Below are positions 9,497 through 20,036 of a stretch of DNA of 64,000 bases, in pieces. The notes beneath the pieces are model-generated. The model was not told the DNA's origin and did no database searches. It was given only the letters and a program-made list of their open reading frames with translations. The position numbers and the translations under genes are program-made. The DNA is from a bacterium (GTDB taxonomy: Bacteria; JAAXHH01): contig OY762445.1 in the NCBI GenBank assembly GCA_963665755.1, positions 2,214,590-2,278,589 of the forward strand, given 5' to 3'. Each line of letters starts with the position of its first letter. Positions within the stretch are counted from its first letter, which is position 1.

Positions 9497-10246
9497 ATGG
9501 ATGATCTGAACGTAAAACTGGATCAACTGGAACGGGATGGTTTCGTGTTAATCAAAGGCGCCCTGTCACCGGTAGAAACCGAGGAAGTACGTTCGCGGAT
9601 CTTTCACGCCAGGGAACAGGGGTGGGAAGAAGGCCTGAACGCGGTGGGCAACATGTGGTTCGACACCCTGTTGGACCGGGAACCCGGGGTCTTCGGTCCG
9701 CTCGTTGGCCATCCGAGCGTAGCGCCGCTGCTCTACGCCATGATGGGCAAGCAATGCCAGCTCCGCAGTTTCCGGGCTCACATCAATCCCGGCGCCTATA
9801 CCCAGGAATGGCACATGGACTTCTACGGTTACTGGAACGAGAAGCGGGAAACGGAAAAACGAAGGCTGGCCGTGCAGCCCAGCAGCGTGAACACGACCTT
9901 CTACTTCCAGGACAACGTCGCGGGCCAGGGACATCTGAGGTTCGTCAAGAACGGCCACCTATCCGAGCCGCCTTACCTGTATCCCCGGATCGAGCATGAA
10001 GCATTCGAAAAGTGGTGCTACGCGCAGGAACACGTCGTGCTGCACCCCATGGCGGGCGACGCCGTCGTCTTTCTTAGCCACATCCCCCACCAGGGCGCCA
10101 AGGAAGATGACGACATGGAACGGTGCAACGTGGTCTGCCATTTCCAGACCTGCCCGATGTACGAAGGCGTATGGTACGTCTCCAGTCCCCGTCCCTTCAA
10201 GGGGTCCTTCCCCTTTCACGAGACGGTGCCTGCGGGGATGGACTAG
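9497..10246 (+). CDS. phytanoyl-CoA dioxygenase (PhyH) family Fe(II)/2-oxoglutarate oxygenase
   Basis: A facial triad is present with H-M-D (EWHMDFYGY) and a distal His (FLSHIPHQG). AGGAGA lies 6 nt upstream of ATG 9497. The upstream part of the 9332 ORF is rejected as a non-coding extension. Confidence 0.75.
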   Translation: MDDLNVKLDQLERDGFVLIKGALSPVETEEVRSRIFHAREQGWEEGLNAVGNMWFDTLLDREPGVFGPLVGHPSVAPLLYAMMGKQCQLRSFRAHINPGAYTQEWHMDFYGYWNEKRETEKRRLAVQPSSVNTTFYFQDNVAGQGHLRFVKNGHLSEPPYLYPRIEHEAFEKWCYAQEHVVLHPMAGDAVVFLSHIPHQGAKEDDDMERCNVVCHFQTCPMYEGVWYVSSPRPFKGSFPFHETVPAGMD

Positions 10247-10321
10247 CCCTGCGATACACCCGTTGCGAACGGCCGGTTGTTCACTGTATCCCGATGTTTC
10301 CAACCTTCGCGACGAAATCCG

Positions 10322-10350
10322 TTGACACGACAAAAACCGTCCTTTAAAAT
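10322..10350 (+). promoter_or_regulatory. sigma70-type promoter for the HU/IHF-like gene (TTGACA-N17-TAAAAT)
   Basis: TTGACA is at 10322-10327, then an exactly 17-nt spacer, then TAAAAT at 10345-10350. A GGGAGGAGG RBS follows before the ATG at 10436. Confidence 0.55.
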
Positions 10351-10435
10351 ACGATCCTGTGTTGTTAAGTTAAATTAATGCATAGGGATAGCGTACATTA
10401 GCTATCGTCGGTCCGGTTTCCGGGAGGAGGCCTTC

Positions 10436-10732
10436 ATGACCACCACCAAGAAGGAACTGGTGGAACAGATCAGCAAGCGCCTGGGGCTCAAGAAAGAACA
10501 GGTGTTCCCTGTTGTCGACCAGACGTTCGCGGCCATGCGGGATTCACTGATCCAGGGCGATCGCATCGAAATCAGGGGATTCGGTGTTTTCGAAGTCAAG
10601 GACACGAAGGCCCGCACTTCTGCGCGCAATCCCCGCACGAGTGATATCGTTTACGTCCCGGCCGGAAAAAAGACCCGTTTTAAACCCGGAAAACTGTTGA
10701 AAGAAGCCCTTCGGGTCCCTCTTGATGACTGA
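10436..10732 (+). CDS. HU/IHF-family nucleoid-associated DNA-binding protein (IHF-beta-like)
   Basis: A 98-aa protein with the classical HU/IHF arm motif (RGFGVFEVKDTKARTSARNPRTSD...PAGKKTRFKPGK). A strong RBS and promoter are present. Confidence 0.9.
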   Translation: MTTTKKELVEQISKRLGLKKEQVFPVVDQTFAAMRDSLIQGDRIEIRGFGVFEVKDTKARTSARNPRTSDIVYVPAGKKTRFKPGKLLKEALRVPLDD

Positions 10733-11651
10733 AACCAAGGCGGGCCGCATAACCCCCGCCGCCCTCTCGAAACTCATCGCATTCGTCCGTCCGCATCTGT
10801 TACGATGGATGATGTGCCTGTGTCCTTTCCTGGCCGCCGTGCAGGACACGGCCGCACAGCAGGACACGGCCGCACAGCAGGACACGGCCGCACAGCAGGA
10901 CACGGCTACCGTACAGGATTCGACCGCCTTGCAGGACACGACCGTCGAATCGGCCCTGCAGCAGATCCCCGCGATATCGCTGGAAGAAGCCGTAACCTAC
11001 TTCGAATCCGGCCAGAACGACCGGGCACGCGAGGCCTTCCTGCGTATTCTCGATGACCGGCCTGAAGAGCCGGTAGTCCTCTACCATATGGGACGCCTGG
11101 AGACGGACCGGGAGGCGGCCGAACAGTATTTCCTGAAGGTCCTGTTGCACGAACCGGAACACGCGCTGGCGGACGACGCGCTGCTGGAGGTCTCCCGCAT
11201 CCAGTACGCCCTGGGCCGACACGACGAGGCGGTGAACGCCTGCAACCGGCTCCTCGTGGCTTATCCGGATTCGGACCTGGAGATCGAAACGCGCTTTCTG
11301 CTGGGACGGGCGCTCCTCGACGGGCGAAGGCCGGAACTGTCGCGCCTGGTCTTCCACCAACTGCTCGCTTCGGTGCCCGACTCGACGCTCGTTCGTTCGG
11401 CGCGGCTGGCCATTGCGGACAGCTACCAGGTGCAGGGGGATTTGATCGAAGCCGCCCGCCAGTACCTGAGGTTCGAGATCGATTTTCCGGGTGTAGAAGG
11501 GCTGGAGACGGTCCTGTGGCAGGCGGGGCAATGCCTTGAAAACGCGGGACGTACCGTCGAGGCCGGATACGTGTACCAGCGACTGATCAAGCGGTATCCC
11601 GACTCGGCGGAAGCGAAGCGCGCCCGCGTGGAAAGGCCCGTGCCGGAATAG
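10722..11651 (+). CDS. tetratricopeptide-repeat protein with an N-terminal (QDTAAQ)x4 tandem repeat
   Basis: TPR-like helical repeats are present (YFESGQNDRAREAFLRIL, YFLKVLLHEP, YQVQGDLIEAARQYL). An 18-nt unit 'caggacacggccgcacag' is repeated four times at 10840-10915. Confidence 0.65.
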   Translation: MMTETKAGRITPAALSKLIAFVRPHLLRWMMCLCPFLAAVQDTAAQQDTAAQQDTAAQQDTATVQDSTALQDTTVESALQQIPAISLEEAVTYFESGQNDRAREAFLRILDDRPEEPVVLYHMGRLETDREAAEQYFLKVLLHEPEHALADDALLEVSRIQYALGRHDEAVNACNRLLVAYPDSDLEIETRFLLGRALLDGRRPELSRLVFHQLLASVPDSTLVRSARLAIADSYQVQGDLIEAARQYLRFEIDFPGVEGLETVLWQAGQCLENAGRTVEAGYVYQRLIKRYPDSAEAKRARVERPVPE

Positions 11652-11731
11652 CGGCGCGTCCGACGTGGTCCGAGCCGACTGGCGCTACCGGGCCGACTAG
11701 AAGTACACGGCGCGGTCCGGCGCGTCCGGCG

Positions 11732-14524
11732 CTACCTGGCCGGCTTGAAGTACACGGAATGGTCCGGCGCGATCATGATGCGCTTTACCTTTTCCGGCAT
11801 TGCATACTCGAAGGTCTGACGCTTTTTCGTATTCCAGATTTCACGGGTTATCCGCTCCCCGTTTTCCAGTTCGAATACAAGGGGCACGATCGCCCTGAAA
11901 ACCCGCCCGTCCTGTTCCTGTAGAAGCTGCCCGCGTACCGTATACACCTTTCCAGCCGCCGCGCTGCACTCGCCACTAGCCGCCGCGCTGCCCGCCGCCA
12001 CGCTGCCTGCCGCCGCGCTGCCGGTGTGATATACCCGGTAGACCGGATAGCCTGTGTCCCGGATCCACTGGTCGAAGAACCAGTCCATCTCCCGGCCCGT
12101 AACCTCCTCGACTTCGGTCTCGAAGTCCTCCGTCGTAACGAGCTTCCCTGCCTTTTCCCGGCTGAAACGGGAGAGCACGCTCATGAAATGGCCATCCCCG
12201 ATGGTGCGCCGCAGCATGTGGAGTACCATGGCGCCTTTCTCATAGACGATGGCCTGGTAATGTTCCCCGAGCCGGCTACCCAGGTCGATCGCGCCGTGCC
12301 GGTCCGCAAAGAGCGCCTGGTCCGTGTGCCGCTTCAGCATCTCGCGAAACGCTTCTGCGCCGGCCTCGCGTTCAATGTACATGTCGGCCGCGTAGGTCGC
12401 CACGGCCTCCGACAACCATGCGTCGCGGTACGTCCTGGGGATCACGGACCCGCCCCACCACTGGTGGGCCAGTTCATGGGCCAGGAATCCGCGGAAGATG
12501 TACTGCACTTCCGTGTACATGTGGGCGTGCAGGTTCGCGCCCAGGCTGAAGGCGTCCAGGTAGTACAGGCCCCACAGCATGAGCATCGACGGCAGCGCCC
12601 GGCCGAATGCATAGTCGTCCGGCATCTGGACGACGTCGAGCTTTCCGTAGGGATAGGGCCCGAAGATCCCGCCGAAGAAGTCCAGCGCGGGGCCGATGTG
12701 GTTGAGGATCCGTGCCGTGTTCGAATTGGCCCTGCGCCGGTCTTTGTCCACGCTGAGCATCACGTCGACTCCCCCCACGGATACCGTGCGGGTACGGCTT
12801 TCAGAGAACGTCATGCCCAGTGACGATACGGGACGCTTCCGCTGCCAGCGTGTGACGCGCGTATCTTCCTTCACGTGACTGGCCACACTGGCGCCGGTCG
12901 TCGCCACGGTCAGCTTTTCGGGGTAGCGCAGTTCCAGGTCGAAAGTGTACAGATCCTCGTTGGAGTGCACGGGCAGCCACTGCTGGTTGTTTAACAGGCC
13001 GAAGAAGTCGTCGCGGCCGTCCCGAAAAACGTCACCATCGTACCAGAAGGTCAGCGTGGTGGTACTGTCCTTCTGAAGCGGCCGGCGGAACGGCACGGTG
13101 ATATAGGTTCCCTGCCTCGTGAATAGCGCGCCATCGCCAATGGCATCGTCCACGCGAAAGGCTTCGAATTCCGGGTTCAGGCTGAAAGTCGCCGCCGTGA
13201 GGGGGTCCGCCCTGGCCGTGATTTCCAGGGTCGTCTTCATACGCACCCGCCTGCCGTCATCCTCCATCGACCCAGCGATATCGTAGTGGTCCAGGGATAG
13301 CAGCGGACCAGGGGTCATCCCGTTCTTCTTCGCGCGTTCAACCGGTTCCTGCGCGAAACGGCACCAGACCACGGGGGGACTGATTACCGGGTTCCTGGGA
13401 AAACCGCTCTTCTGTACCAGGCTGACCGACTCCGCTTCATAGGGGCTGTACGTGTAGACGAGCCACCGGTCCGAGTCCGCGAGGTCGATTTCGGCCTGCA
13501 GGAAGTAAGGATGGGTGTGGGCGAGAGAGAAGCGTTTCCGGGCGGGTCTCATGTCCATGAAGTAGTCCTGGTCTACGCGTCTCAGCAAAGCCCGGGCGCG
13601 GTCGAATGCCCGTCCGCCCTTGACGCGCGACAGCGCGACGCCTTCCACCAGGTTCTCGTAACCTTCGGGCGACAGGACCAGCACCATCCGGTCGAACCGG
13701 GCCGTGTACACTTCGGCGTCCGTGCGGGCGTACCGGTTCATCTGCTGGCGCTCGACACGGTCCGGCGGCGTGAAGGTGAATCGGCCCGTTCCCACGAGGA
13801 CCGCGCGCCCGACCCGGTCGCTGGAATATCCGGGCATGAGCAGGCCGTCTTCCATGTGCATTACGCCGGCGGGTCGCTCGATCGTCAGGCGGTCGAAGGC
13901 GTAGACTTCGTCCTCGCGCAGCGCGAACCGGTAGCCGAGGCGGGCCGTCAGCAAGGGTTCGAACCGTTCGGCCTTCCAGTCTGCCCCATGCGGCGCGAAA
14001 TGTACTTTCCACAGTTCCGACGAAAGCCGTTCTTTTCCTTCCATGAAAACACTGAGGTGGATTTCGGGACGGGCAAGGAGACTATCCACCGCGTACCGTT
14101 CCCTCAGCCGGATCCTGGTGCCCGCGTGCCGTTCAGAAAGAGAAGGCGCGTCTTCTGCGAGGATCTCTTCCAGCCGGACCTCGTCGATTTCACGGCCGTT
14201 AATCAGCCGGTACAGACGGGAAAGGGCGTTTTCGATGGATGCGCCCGGGATGATTGGCTGGTCGATTGCACGGTCTTCAGTCGTCGGGCCTTCGTTGACG
14301 GACCGGCCGATTGCGCGTTCGTCTATCGTGGGGGCTTCGTTCGCGGTGCCTGCCGACTGCGGGGCCGCAGGGCCACGGACCGAGCTCGCCGGGCCTTCGA
14401 CAGCCTGCGGAGGCGCCGGTTCGGCGCTGGGGCCGTCGTACGCGTCATAGACAACGAGAGAGAGAATGAAAATCGGAAGGGTGAGCAACAACCTGGATAT
14501 CGGACGTGGCGGGGTGGCGATCAT
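11732..14524 (-). CDS. M1-family zinc aminopeptidase (aminopeptidase N-like) with an N-terminal signal/anchor
   Basis: A 930-aa ORF with the HEXXH zinc motif (HELAHQWWG) and a downstream E (LSEAVATY) as third ligand. It has an N-terminal hydrophobic segment and an Ala/Gly/Ser-rich insertion near the C-terminus. Confidence 0.8.
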   Translation of the reverse strand: MIATPPRPISRLLLTLPIFILSLVVYDAYDGPSAEPAPPQAVEGPASSVRGPAAPQSAGTANEAPTIDERAIGRSVNEGPTTEDRAIDQPIIPGASIENALSRLYRLINGREIDEVRLEEILAEDAPSLSERHAGTRIRLRERYAVDSLLARPEIHLSVFMEGKERLSSELWKVHFAPHGADWKAERFEPLLTARLGYRFALREDEVYAFDRLTIERPAGVMHMEDGLLMPGYSSDRVGRAVLVGTGRFTFTPPDRVERQQMNRYARTDAEVYTARFDRMVLVLSPEGYENLVEGVALSRVKGGRAFDRARALLRRVDQDYFMDMRPARKRFSLAHTHPYFLQAEIDLADSDRWLVYTYSPYEAESVSLVQKSGFPRNPVISPPVVWCRFAQEPVERAKKNGMTPGPLLSLDHYDIAGSMEDDGRRVRMKTTLEITARADPLTAATFSLNPEFEAFRVDDAIGDGALFTRQGTYITVPFRRPLQKDSTTTLTFWYDGDVFRDGRDDFFGLLNNQQWLPVHSNEDLYTFDLELRYPEKLTVATTGASVASHVKEDTRVTRWQRKRPVSSLGMTFSESRTRTVSVGGVDVMLSVDKDRRRANSNTARILNHIGPALDFFGGIFGPYPYGKLDVVQMPDDYAFGRALPSMLMLWGLYYLDAFSLGANLHAHMYTEVQYIFRGFLAHELAHQWWGGSVIPRTYRDAWLSEAVATYAADMYIEREAGAEAFREMLKRHTDQALFADRHGAIDLGSRLGEHYQAIVYEKGAMVLHMLRRTIGDGHFMSVLSRFSREKAGKLVTTEDFETEVEEVTGREMDWFFDQWIRDTGYPVYRVYHTGSAAAGSVAAGSAAASGECSAAAGKVYTVRGQLLQEQDGRVFRAIVPLVFELENGERITREIWNTKKRQTFEYAMPEKVKRIMIAPDHSVYFKPAR

Positions 14525-14554
14525 GTCCGTTTCCTCACGGGGAATGCATGATCC

Positions 14555-14935
14555 CTAGTCCATCGATTCCCGCAGGTCGATCAGGCTGGACCTGATCCAC
14601 TGTATGATTTCAGGTTCGGATGCGGTTTCGCCCGGAGACTCTTTCGCCGCGCCGCTGTGAACCCGGTCCCCCCCACGCCCAGCTTTCGCCGCGCGGCGGT
14701 CCGACGAAGATTCCTGGAGCTTCTTCCTTGCACCGGCGATCGTGTATCCTTCGTCCCGGGTGAGACGCTTGATCGTGCGGATGAGCTCGATGTCCTTTTC
14801 TCGGTACATCCGCTTGCCGGCGCGGGTCCGCTTGATGCGAAGCTGGCTGAATTGATCTTCCCAGAATCGGAGTACCGACGGCTCAAGGTCGAGCAGGGTC
14901 GATACTTCGCTGCTGGAGTAATACAGCTTGTTCAT
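14555..14935 (-). CDS. MerR-family HTH transcriptional regulator
   Basis: An N-terminal MerR-type HTH (YSSSEVSTLLDLEPSVLRFWEDQF...RTRAGKRMYREKDIELIRTIKRL). 126 aa. Confidence 0.75.
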   Translation of the reverse strand: MNKLYYSSSEVSTLLDLEPSVLRFWEDQFSQLRIKRTRAGKRMYREKDIELIRTIKRLTRDEGYTIAGARKKLQESSSDRRAAKAGRGGDRVHSGAAKESPGETASEPEIIQWIRSSLIDLRESMD

Positions 14936-16257
14936 TGTTTTCCTTCCCGCCCGCGGACGATCACCCGAATAGGCGACCCCTCGAATTCGAAGGTCTCGCG
15001 AAGCCGGTTCGACAGGTAACGCTTGTACGAATCCGGAACGCCTTCGTCGTGGTTCAGGAAAAACACGAAAGTGGGCGGAGATGCCTGTGCCTGTGTACAG
15101 TATAGAATCCGGGTCGACCGGCCGTTTCGCGCAGCCGGGGGCGGATAATAGGCTGAGATGCTTTCCACGACCCGGTTCAATTCACCGGTTGAGACCCGGA
15201 GCGAGCACATTTCGTGTACGTGCCGCGTCTTCTGCATGATCTGCGTCACGCCCCGGCGGGTCTCGGCCGACACGAACAGGATCGGGGCGTAGTCGGCAAA
15301 ACGGAGGTACTCCCTGGCCGAACGGATAAAGGCTTCGGACGATTGCTCGGTCCGGTCCACCAGGTCCCACTTGTTGAAGGCGATGACCAGCCCCTTACCG
15401 GCTTCTTCCACCTGGGATACGATCCGCTGTTCCTGTGCGGACAGGCCATCGACCGCGTCCACCAGGAGCACCGCCACGTCGCAGCGTCCTATACTCCGCA
15501 TCGACCGCGTGAAACTGTAGAACTCGACATCGCTGGAAATCCGGGCGCGGCGCCTGAGGCCGGCGGTATCGATCAGGCTGTATTTCACGCCCTGCCGGGT
15601 GATCCGCGTGTCCACCGAGTCCCTCGTCGTGCCGGGAACGTCCGAGACGATCACGGTGTCCCTTCCCACGATGGCATTGACCAGGGACGATTTTCCCACG
15701 TTGGGCTTGCCCACGATCGCCACCTTGATCGCGCCGTCTTCCTCCTCGGCGACGGGTACGGGTTCGGGCATCCGTTCCGCCAGCAGGTCCATCAGGTCGC
15801 CCGTATTGCGTCCCTTCAGCGCGGAAATCATCACGGGGTCGCCCAGGCCCAGGGCGCCGAACTCGTAGGCATGGTTCTCCTGCGCGCCGCTGTCCACCTT
15901 GTTGGCGACGACGATGACCTGCTTGCCGGCCCGGCGGACGACTTCGGCCGCCTTCTGGTCCAGGGGCATTACGCCGGTGCGGACGTCCGTGACCAGCAGG
16001 ATCACGTCGGCTTCGCTGACGGCCAGCCGGGCCTGCTGTTCGATGGCTGCCTCCATGGGTTCGTCGGATTCAGGTACCAGGCCACCCGTGTCCACCACCG
16101 TGAACTTCTTACCGAACCAGTCGGCCTCGGCGTAATGCCGGTCCCGCGTAATGCCCGGGGCGTCGTGCACTATCGCGTCCCGGCGTCCGATCATCCGGTT
16201 GAACAACACCGATTTGCCCACGTTGGGACGTCCTATGATGGCGATGACAGATGACAT
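14932..16257 (-). CDS. der: ribosome-associated GTPase Der (EngA), double GTPase domain
   Basis: Two G-domains with G1 motifs (GRPNVGKS and GKPNVGKS) and DTGG/DTAG motifs, plus the KH-like C-terminus. 441 aa. Confidence 0.93.
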   Translation of the reverse strand: MSSVIAIIGRPNVGKSVLFNRMIGRRDAIVHDAPGITRDRHYAEADWFGKKFTVVDTGGLVPESDEPMEAAIEQQARLAVSEADVILLVTDVRTGVMPLDQKAAEVVRRAGKQVIVVANKVDSGAQENHAYEFGALGLGDPVMISALKGRNTGDLMDLLAERMPEPVPVAEEEDGAIKVAIVGKPNVGKSSLVNAIVGRDTVIVSDVPGTTRDSVDTRITRQGVKYSLIDTAGLRRRARISSDVEFYSFTRSMRSIGRCDVAVLLVDAVDGLSAQEQRIVSQVEEAGKGLVIAFNKWDLVDRTEQSSEAFIRSAREYLRFADYAPILFVSAETRRGVTQIMQKTRHVHEMCSLRVSTGELNRVVESISAYYPPPAARNGRSTRILYCTQAQASPPTFVFFLNHDEGVPDSYKRYLSNRLRETFEFEGSPIRVIVRGREGKQ

Positions 16258-16310
16258 GGTTGTTTTATTGTACCTTAGAGATCATGGGTTCGGTGCGATC
16301 CGGAGACAGT

Positions 16311-17603
16311 TTACAGTCCCGGCAGATCCATCACGTTTTCCGGGAAGAGTTCCACCGGCGCGCCGACACGCTCGCTCAGGCCGGACAAGGTCATGTTATC
16401 CAGCAGCAGGCCATCGTCGTTCAGCACGTTCTGCGGCAAATACACCCGGTCGCCCACTTCCCTGTCCTTCAACGCGCGAAGGATATCCTGGCCGGTCAGC
16501 AATCCCGACACGGTGATCCCCGATCCGAAGAAAGTGTTTTCCGCCACGACCAGTTTCGCATCCACGTTTTCCACCCGGTTCAGCGGTTCTGCGAGAGAAG
16601 CCCTGACCACGCCCTGGGCCAGTTCGGCCGTGACGAGTGTCGTTCGTACCGTCCCGGCCGCCCGGCCGGGCAGCAGCCTCGTCTGCTCCGCCATGCGGGT
16701 CTCGAACTGCGAGACCATGCCGACGCCGTTTTCCACGACGGGACAGTCTTCGTAGAAGGACGGCGGTGGCAGCGGCGTGGACGACATCAGGTACCATTCG
16801 TCGGAAAGGTACACGAGCGGATGTCCAAGCCGCTCACGGAGTTCTTCCTGCCAGACGCCGACCGTGTCGATCATGCGTCTTGCGTAATCCACGGTGACCG
16901 GTTCGAGGTGGTAGAGTCCCTGCCGATGTTCGGAAAGACCGACCGGTACGATGGATATCGATTCCATGGCCGGATAAAGTTCGGCGAGGTCGTCCACCGT
17001 TTTCCTCAGCGCCGCGCCGTCGTTGAGACCGGGACAGAGCACGATCTGCGTTTCGACCAGGATGCCGCTTTCGGTCAGCCGCCGGAGGATGGGCATGATG
17101 TCCTTCGCCTTCGGCGAGCCCAGCAGCATCCGGCGAAGCTCCGGGTCCGTGGCGTGGACCGACACGTAGACCGGGCTCAACCGCTGCACGATGATACGTT
17201 CGAGGTATGCGTCGGAAGCGAAGGCCAGCGTCACGTAGTTGCCGTACAGGAAGGTGAGCCGCACGTCCTCGTCCTGGAAGTATACGGCCTTGCGCATGCC
17301 CTTCGGATTCTGGTGGATGAAACAGAACACGCACTTGTTCGCACAGGCCTGGTAGGGCGGCTCGTGCAGGTCCAGTCCGAGGTCTTCATCCGGATCCTTC
17401 TCCACGTCGATCAGGATCCTGCTCCCATTCGCCTGGAGGATGTCCAGTTCCAGCACGTCTTCGCTGGACCAGAACCTGTAGTCGAGCGAATCCCTGACCC
17501 GGGCCCGGTTAATCCGGATCAACCGGTCGCCAGGGACCAGTCCGACATGCTCCGCGATGCTTCCCGAACGTACCTGTTCTATCCGCATATCACATAACAC
17601 CAT
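16311..17603 (-). CDS. DUF512-family radical-SAM-related protein with an N-terminal PDZ domain
   Basis: A PDZ-like N-terminus (GSIAEHVGLVPGDRLIRING) and a CxxxCxFC cluster (CANKCVFCF). This family commonly precedes der. The start is uncertain (17603 or 17588). Confidence 0.7.
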   Translation of the reverse strand: MVLCDMRIEQVRSGSIAEHVGLVPGDRLIRINRARVRDSLDYRFWSSEDVLELDILQANGSRILIDVEKDPDEDLGLDLHEPPYQACANKCVFCFIHQNPKGMRKAVYFQDEDVRLTFLYGNYVTLAFASDAYLERIIVQRLSPVYVSVHATDPELRRMLLGSPKAKDIMPILRRLTESGILVETQIVLCPGLNDGAALRKTVDDLAELYPAMESISIVPVGLSEHRQGLYHLEPVTVDYARRMIDTVGVWQEELRERLGHPLVYLSDEWYLMSSTPLPPPSFYEDCPVVENGVGMVSQFETRMAEQTRLLPGRAAGTVRTTLVTAELAQGVVRASLAEPLNRVENVDAKLVVAENTFFGSGITVSGLLTGQDILRALKDREVGDRVYLPQNVLNDDGLLLDNMTLSGLSERVGAPVELFPENVMDLPGL

Positions 17604-18008
17604 GAAATTTCAGTGACAACATAGCGTCATCACAAGCATTCGTTTAGGTATCTCCATTAACAAATTGCGACTCTTGACAATATAGAGAATCGAACCCATC
17701 CTGTCAAGGGGATTGGCGTGCCGCAAGACCCGCGGACGGGGGGTACCGGCGGCCGGAATCCGGGGGCACTGGAACGCGGACTTTTCGCTTGCCCGCAGCG
17801 CCGCCGCAGGGCTATATTGATTATGTTGGCCCGCCGAACGGTATTGCGGATGTAAGCGTATGAATTTACGGCCTTTACAGGCCATCGCGCGGCACGACAT
17901 CGACCGGTGGAACGGCTCCGCGCCTGTTTACGGAAGTTCGCACGTGTATACCGTGTTATATGAAGTTCGCGCATGTTGTACGAATCAGAGATTGCCGGGG
18001 AACAAGCC

Positions 18009-19409
18009 ATGACAGCCAGAACCATGTACCAGAAGGTCTGGGACCAGCACGTCGTCAAGGAGATGCCCGATGGGCTTACCGTCCTGTACATCGACGCCCA
18101 CCTGGTCCACGAAGTGACCTCTCCGCAGGCTTTCGAGGGGCTGCGGACCGCGGGCCGCAAGCTGAGGCGGCCCGGCCTGACCTACGCCACGATGGACCAC
18201 AACGTGCCCACCACCGACCGATCCCTTCCCATGACCGACGAGATCGCTCGGCTGCAGGTGGACATGCTGTCCCGGAATTGCGAGGAGTTCGGCGTGCCTC
18301 TGTACGATCTCGACTCGCCGCGCAACGGGATCGTCCACGTGATCGGACCGGAGTTGGGTATCACGCAGCCCGGAAAGACCATGGTCTGCGGCGACAGCCA
18401 CACGTCCACCCACGGGGCCTTCGGTGCGCTGGCTTTCGGCATCGGCACGAGCGAGGTCGAGCACGTGATGGCTACGCAGTGCCTGCTGCAGAAGCGTTCC
18501 AGAACCTTCGAAATCCGTGTCGACGGCGTATTGAGCGAAGGGGTCACCGCCAAGGACATCATCCTGAACATCATCCGCCGCACCGGTACCGCGGGGGGTA
18601 CAGGCGCGGTCATCGAGTACACGGGCAGCACGATCCGCGGCCTTTCCATGGACGAACGGATGACGATCTGCAACATGTCCATCGAACTGGGCGCCAGGGC
18701 TGGCCTCATCGCGCCGGACGACACGACCTTCGAGTACCTGGCGGGGCGGGAATTCGTCCCCGAAGGCGCGGCGTTCGACCGGGCCGTGGAGGGATGGCGG
18801 AAAGTGGCCACCGACGATGAAGCCGAATACAACGAGCGGCTCGCACTGAATGCGGACGACATCGTACCCCAGGTGTCGTGGGGTACGAACCCCGGCATGG
18901 TGACGGACGTGACCGGCGTCGTGCCGGATCCAGGCGGGATGGACAGCGAGAACGACCGGCGCGCGGCGGAAAAGGCCCTGTCCTACATGGCGCTGGAACC
19001 CAACACCTCCATCACCGATATCGAGATCGACCGCGTCTTCATCGGCAGCTGCACCAATTCCCGGCTGAGCGACCTGCAAGCGGCGGCGGACGTCATCAAG
19101 GGCCGCCGCGTATCGCCGCGGGTGACCGCCCTGGTGGTGCCCGGCTCGCACGCGGTCAAGCGGCAGGCCGAAGTCGAGGGATTGGACCGGGTATTCAAGG
19201 AAGCCGGTTTCGAGTGGCGCGAGGCCGGTTGCAGCATGTGCCTGGGTATGAACCCGGACATATTGCAGCCCGGCGAACGGTGCGCCAGCACCTCCAATCG
19301 CAATTTCGAAGGCCGGCAGGGACGGAACGGACGGACCCACCTGGTCAGCCCGGCCATGGCCGCGGCGGCGGCCGTAGCGGGACATTTCGTCGACGTGAGA
19401 AACTGGTAG
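18009..19409 (+). CDS. leuC: 3-isopropylmalate dehydratase large subunit
   Basis: Aconitase-family signatures and Fe-S cysteines are present ([32 protein letters not shown]). The N-terminus [16 protein letters not shown] aligns with LeuC starts, so the internal ATG 18009 is preferred over 17973. Confidence 0.92.
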   Translation: MTARTMYQKVWDQHVVKEMPDGLTVLYIDAHLVHEVTSPQAFEGLRTAGRKLRRPGLTYATMDHNVPTTDRSLPMTDEIARLQVDMLSRNCEEFGVPLYDLDSPRNGIVHVIGPELGITQPGKTMVCGDSHTSTHGAFGALAFGIGTSEVEHVMATQCLLQKRSRTFEIRVDGVLSEGVTAKDIILNIIRRTGTAGGTGAVIEYTGSTIRGLSMDERMTICNMSIELGARAGLIAPDDTTFEYLAGREFVPEGAAFDRAVEGWRKVATDDEAEYNERLALNADDIVPQVSWGTNPGMVTDVTGVVPDPGGMDSENDRRAAEKALSYMALEPNTSITDIEIDRVFIGSCTNSRLSDLQAAADVIKGRRVSPRVTALVVPGSHAVKRQAEVEGLDRVFKEAGFEWREAGCSMCLGMNPDILQPGERCASTSNRNFEGRQGRNGRTHLVSPAMAAAAAVAGHFVDVRNW

Positions 19410-19439
19410 GCAGTAGGCACACCCGAAACGGAGTATGGC

Positions 19440-20036
19440 ATGCCGGAACCCTTTACCACGCACACCGGCCTGGTCGCCCCACTGGACCGGATCAACGTGG
19501 ATACGGACCAGATCATCCCCAAGCAGTTCCTGAAACGCATCGAGCGCACCGGCTTCGGCCAGTTCCTCTTCTACGACTGGCGGTTCACGGGCGACGGTTC
19601 GCCCGATTCCGGTTTCGTGCTCAACGAAGACCGCTACCGGGATGCCTCGATTCTGGTCACCGGGGACAACTTCGGCTGCGGGAGTTCCCGCGAGCACGCC
19701 CCGTGGGCACTGCAGGACTATGGTTTCCGCGTAATCATCGCGCCGTCCTTCGCGGACATCTTCTACAACAACTGCTTCAAGAACGGTCTGCTTCCCGTCG
19801 TGCTGGCTGCCGATACCGTGCGGCGCATGCTCGAAGACGCCGCGGAACAGCACATATATACCGTCTCGGTGGACCTCGAAGAACAGGTCGTCTTCGAACC
19901 CCGCGGCGCGACGCATCGGTTCGAGGTCGATCCCTTCCGCAAGAACTTTATCCTGAATGGTCTGGACGAAATCGGCTGGACCCTGCAGTACGAGGATGAT
20001 ATAGCGGCGTATGAACGTACCCAGCGTACCGGTTGA
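19440..20036 (+). CDS. leuD: 3-isopropylmalate dehydratase small subunit
   Basis: LeuD/aconitase swivel domain ([23 protein letters not shown]). It lies directly after leuC. Confidence 0.92.
   Translation: MPEPFTTHTGLVAPLDRINVDTDQIIPKQFLKRIERTGFGQFLFYDWRFTGDGSPDSGFVLNEDRYRDASILVTGDNFGCGSSREHAPWALQDYGFRVIIAPSFADIFYNNCFKNGLLPVVLAADTVRRMLEDAAEQHIYTVSVDLEEQVVFEPRGATHRFEVDPFRKNFILNGLDEIGWTLQYEDDIAAYERTQRTG

Noticed and set aside
15214-16254. 346-aa plus-strand ORF antisense to der
   Set aside because: Shadow ORF. der on the minus strand has both GTPase domains intact.
17985-19916. 643-aa minus-strand ORF antisense to leuC/leuD
   Set aside because: Shadow ORF in GC-rich DNA. The plus strand encodes textbook LeuC and LeuD.
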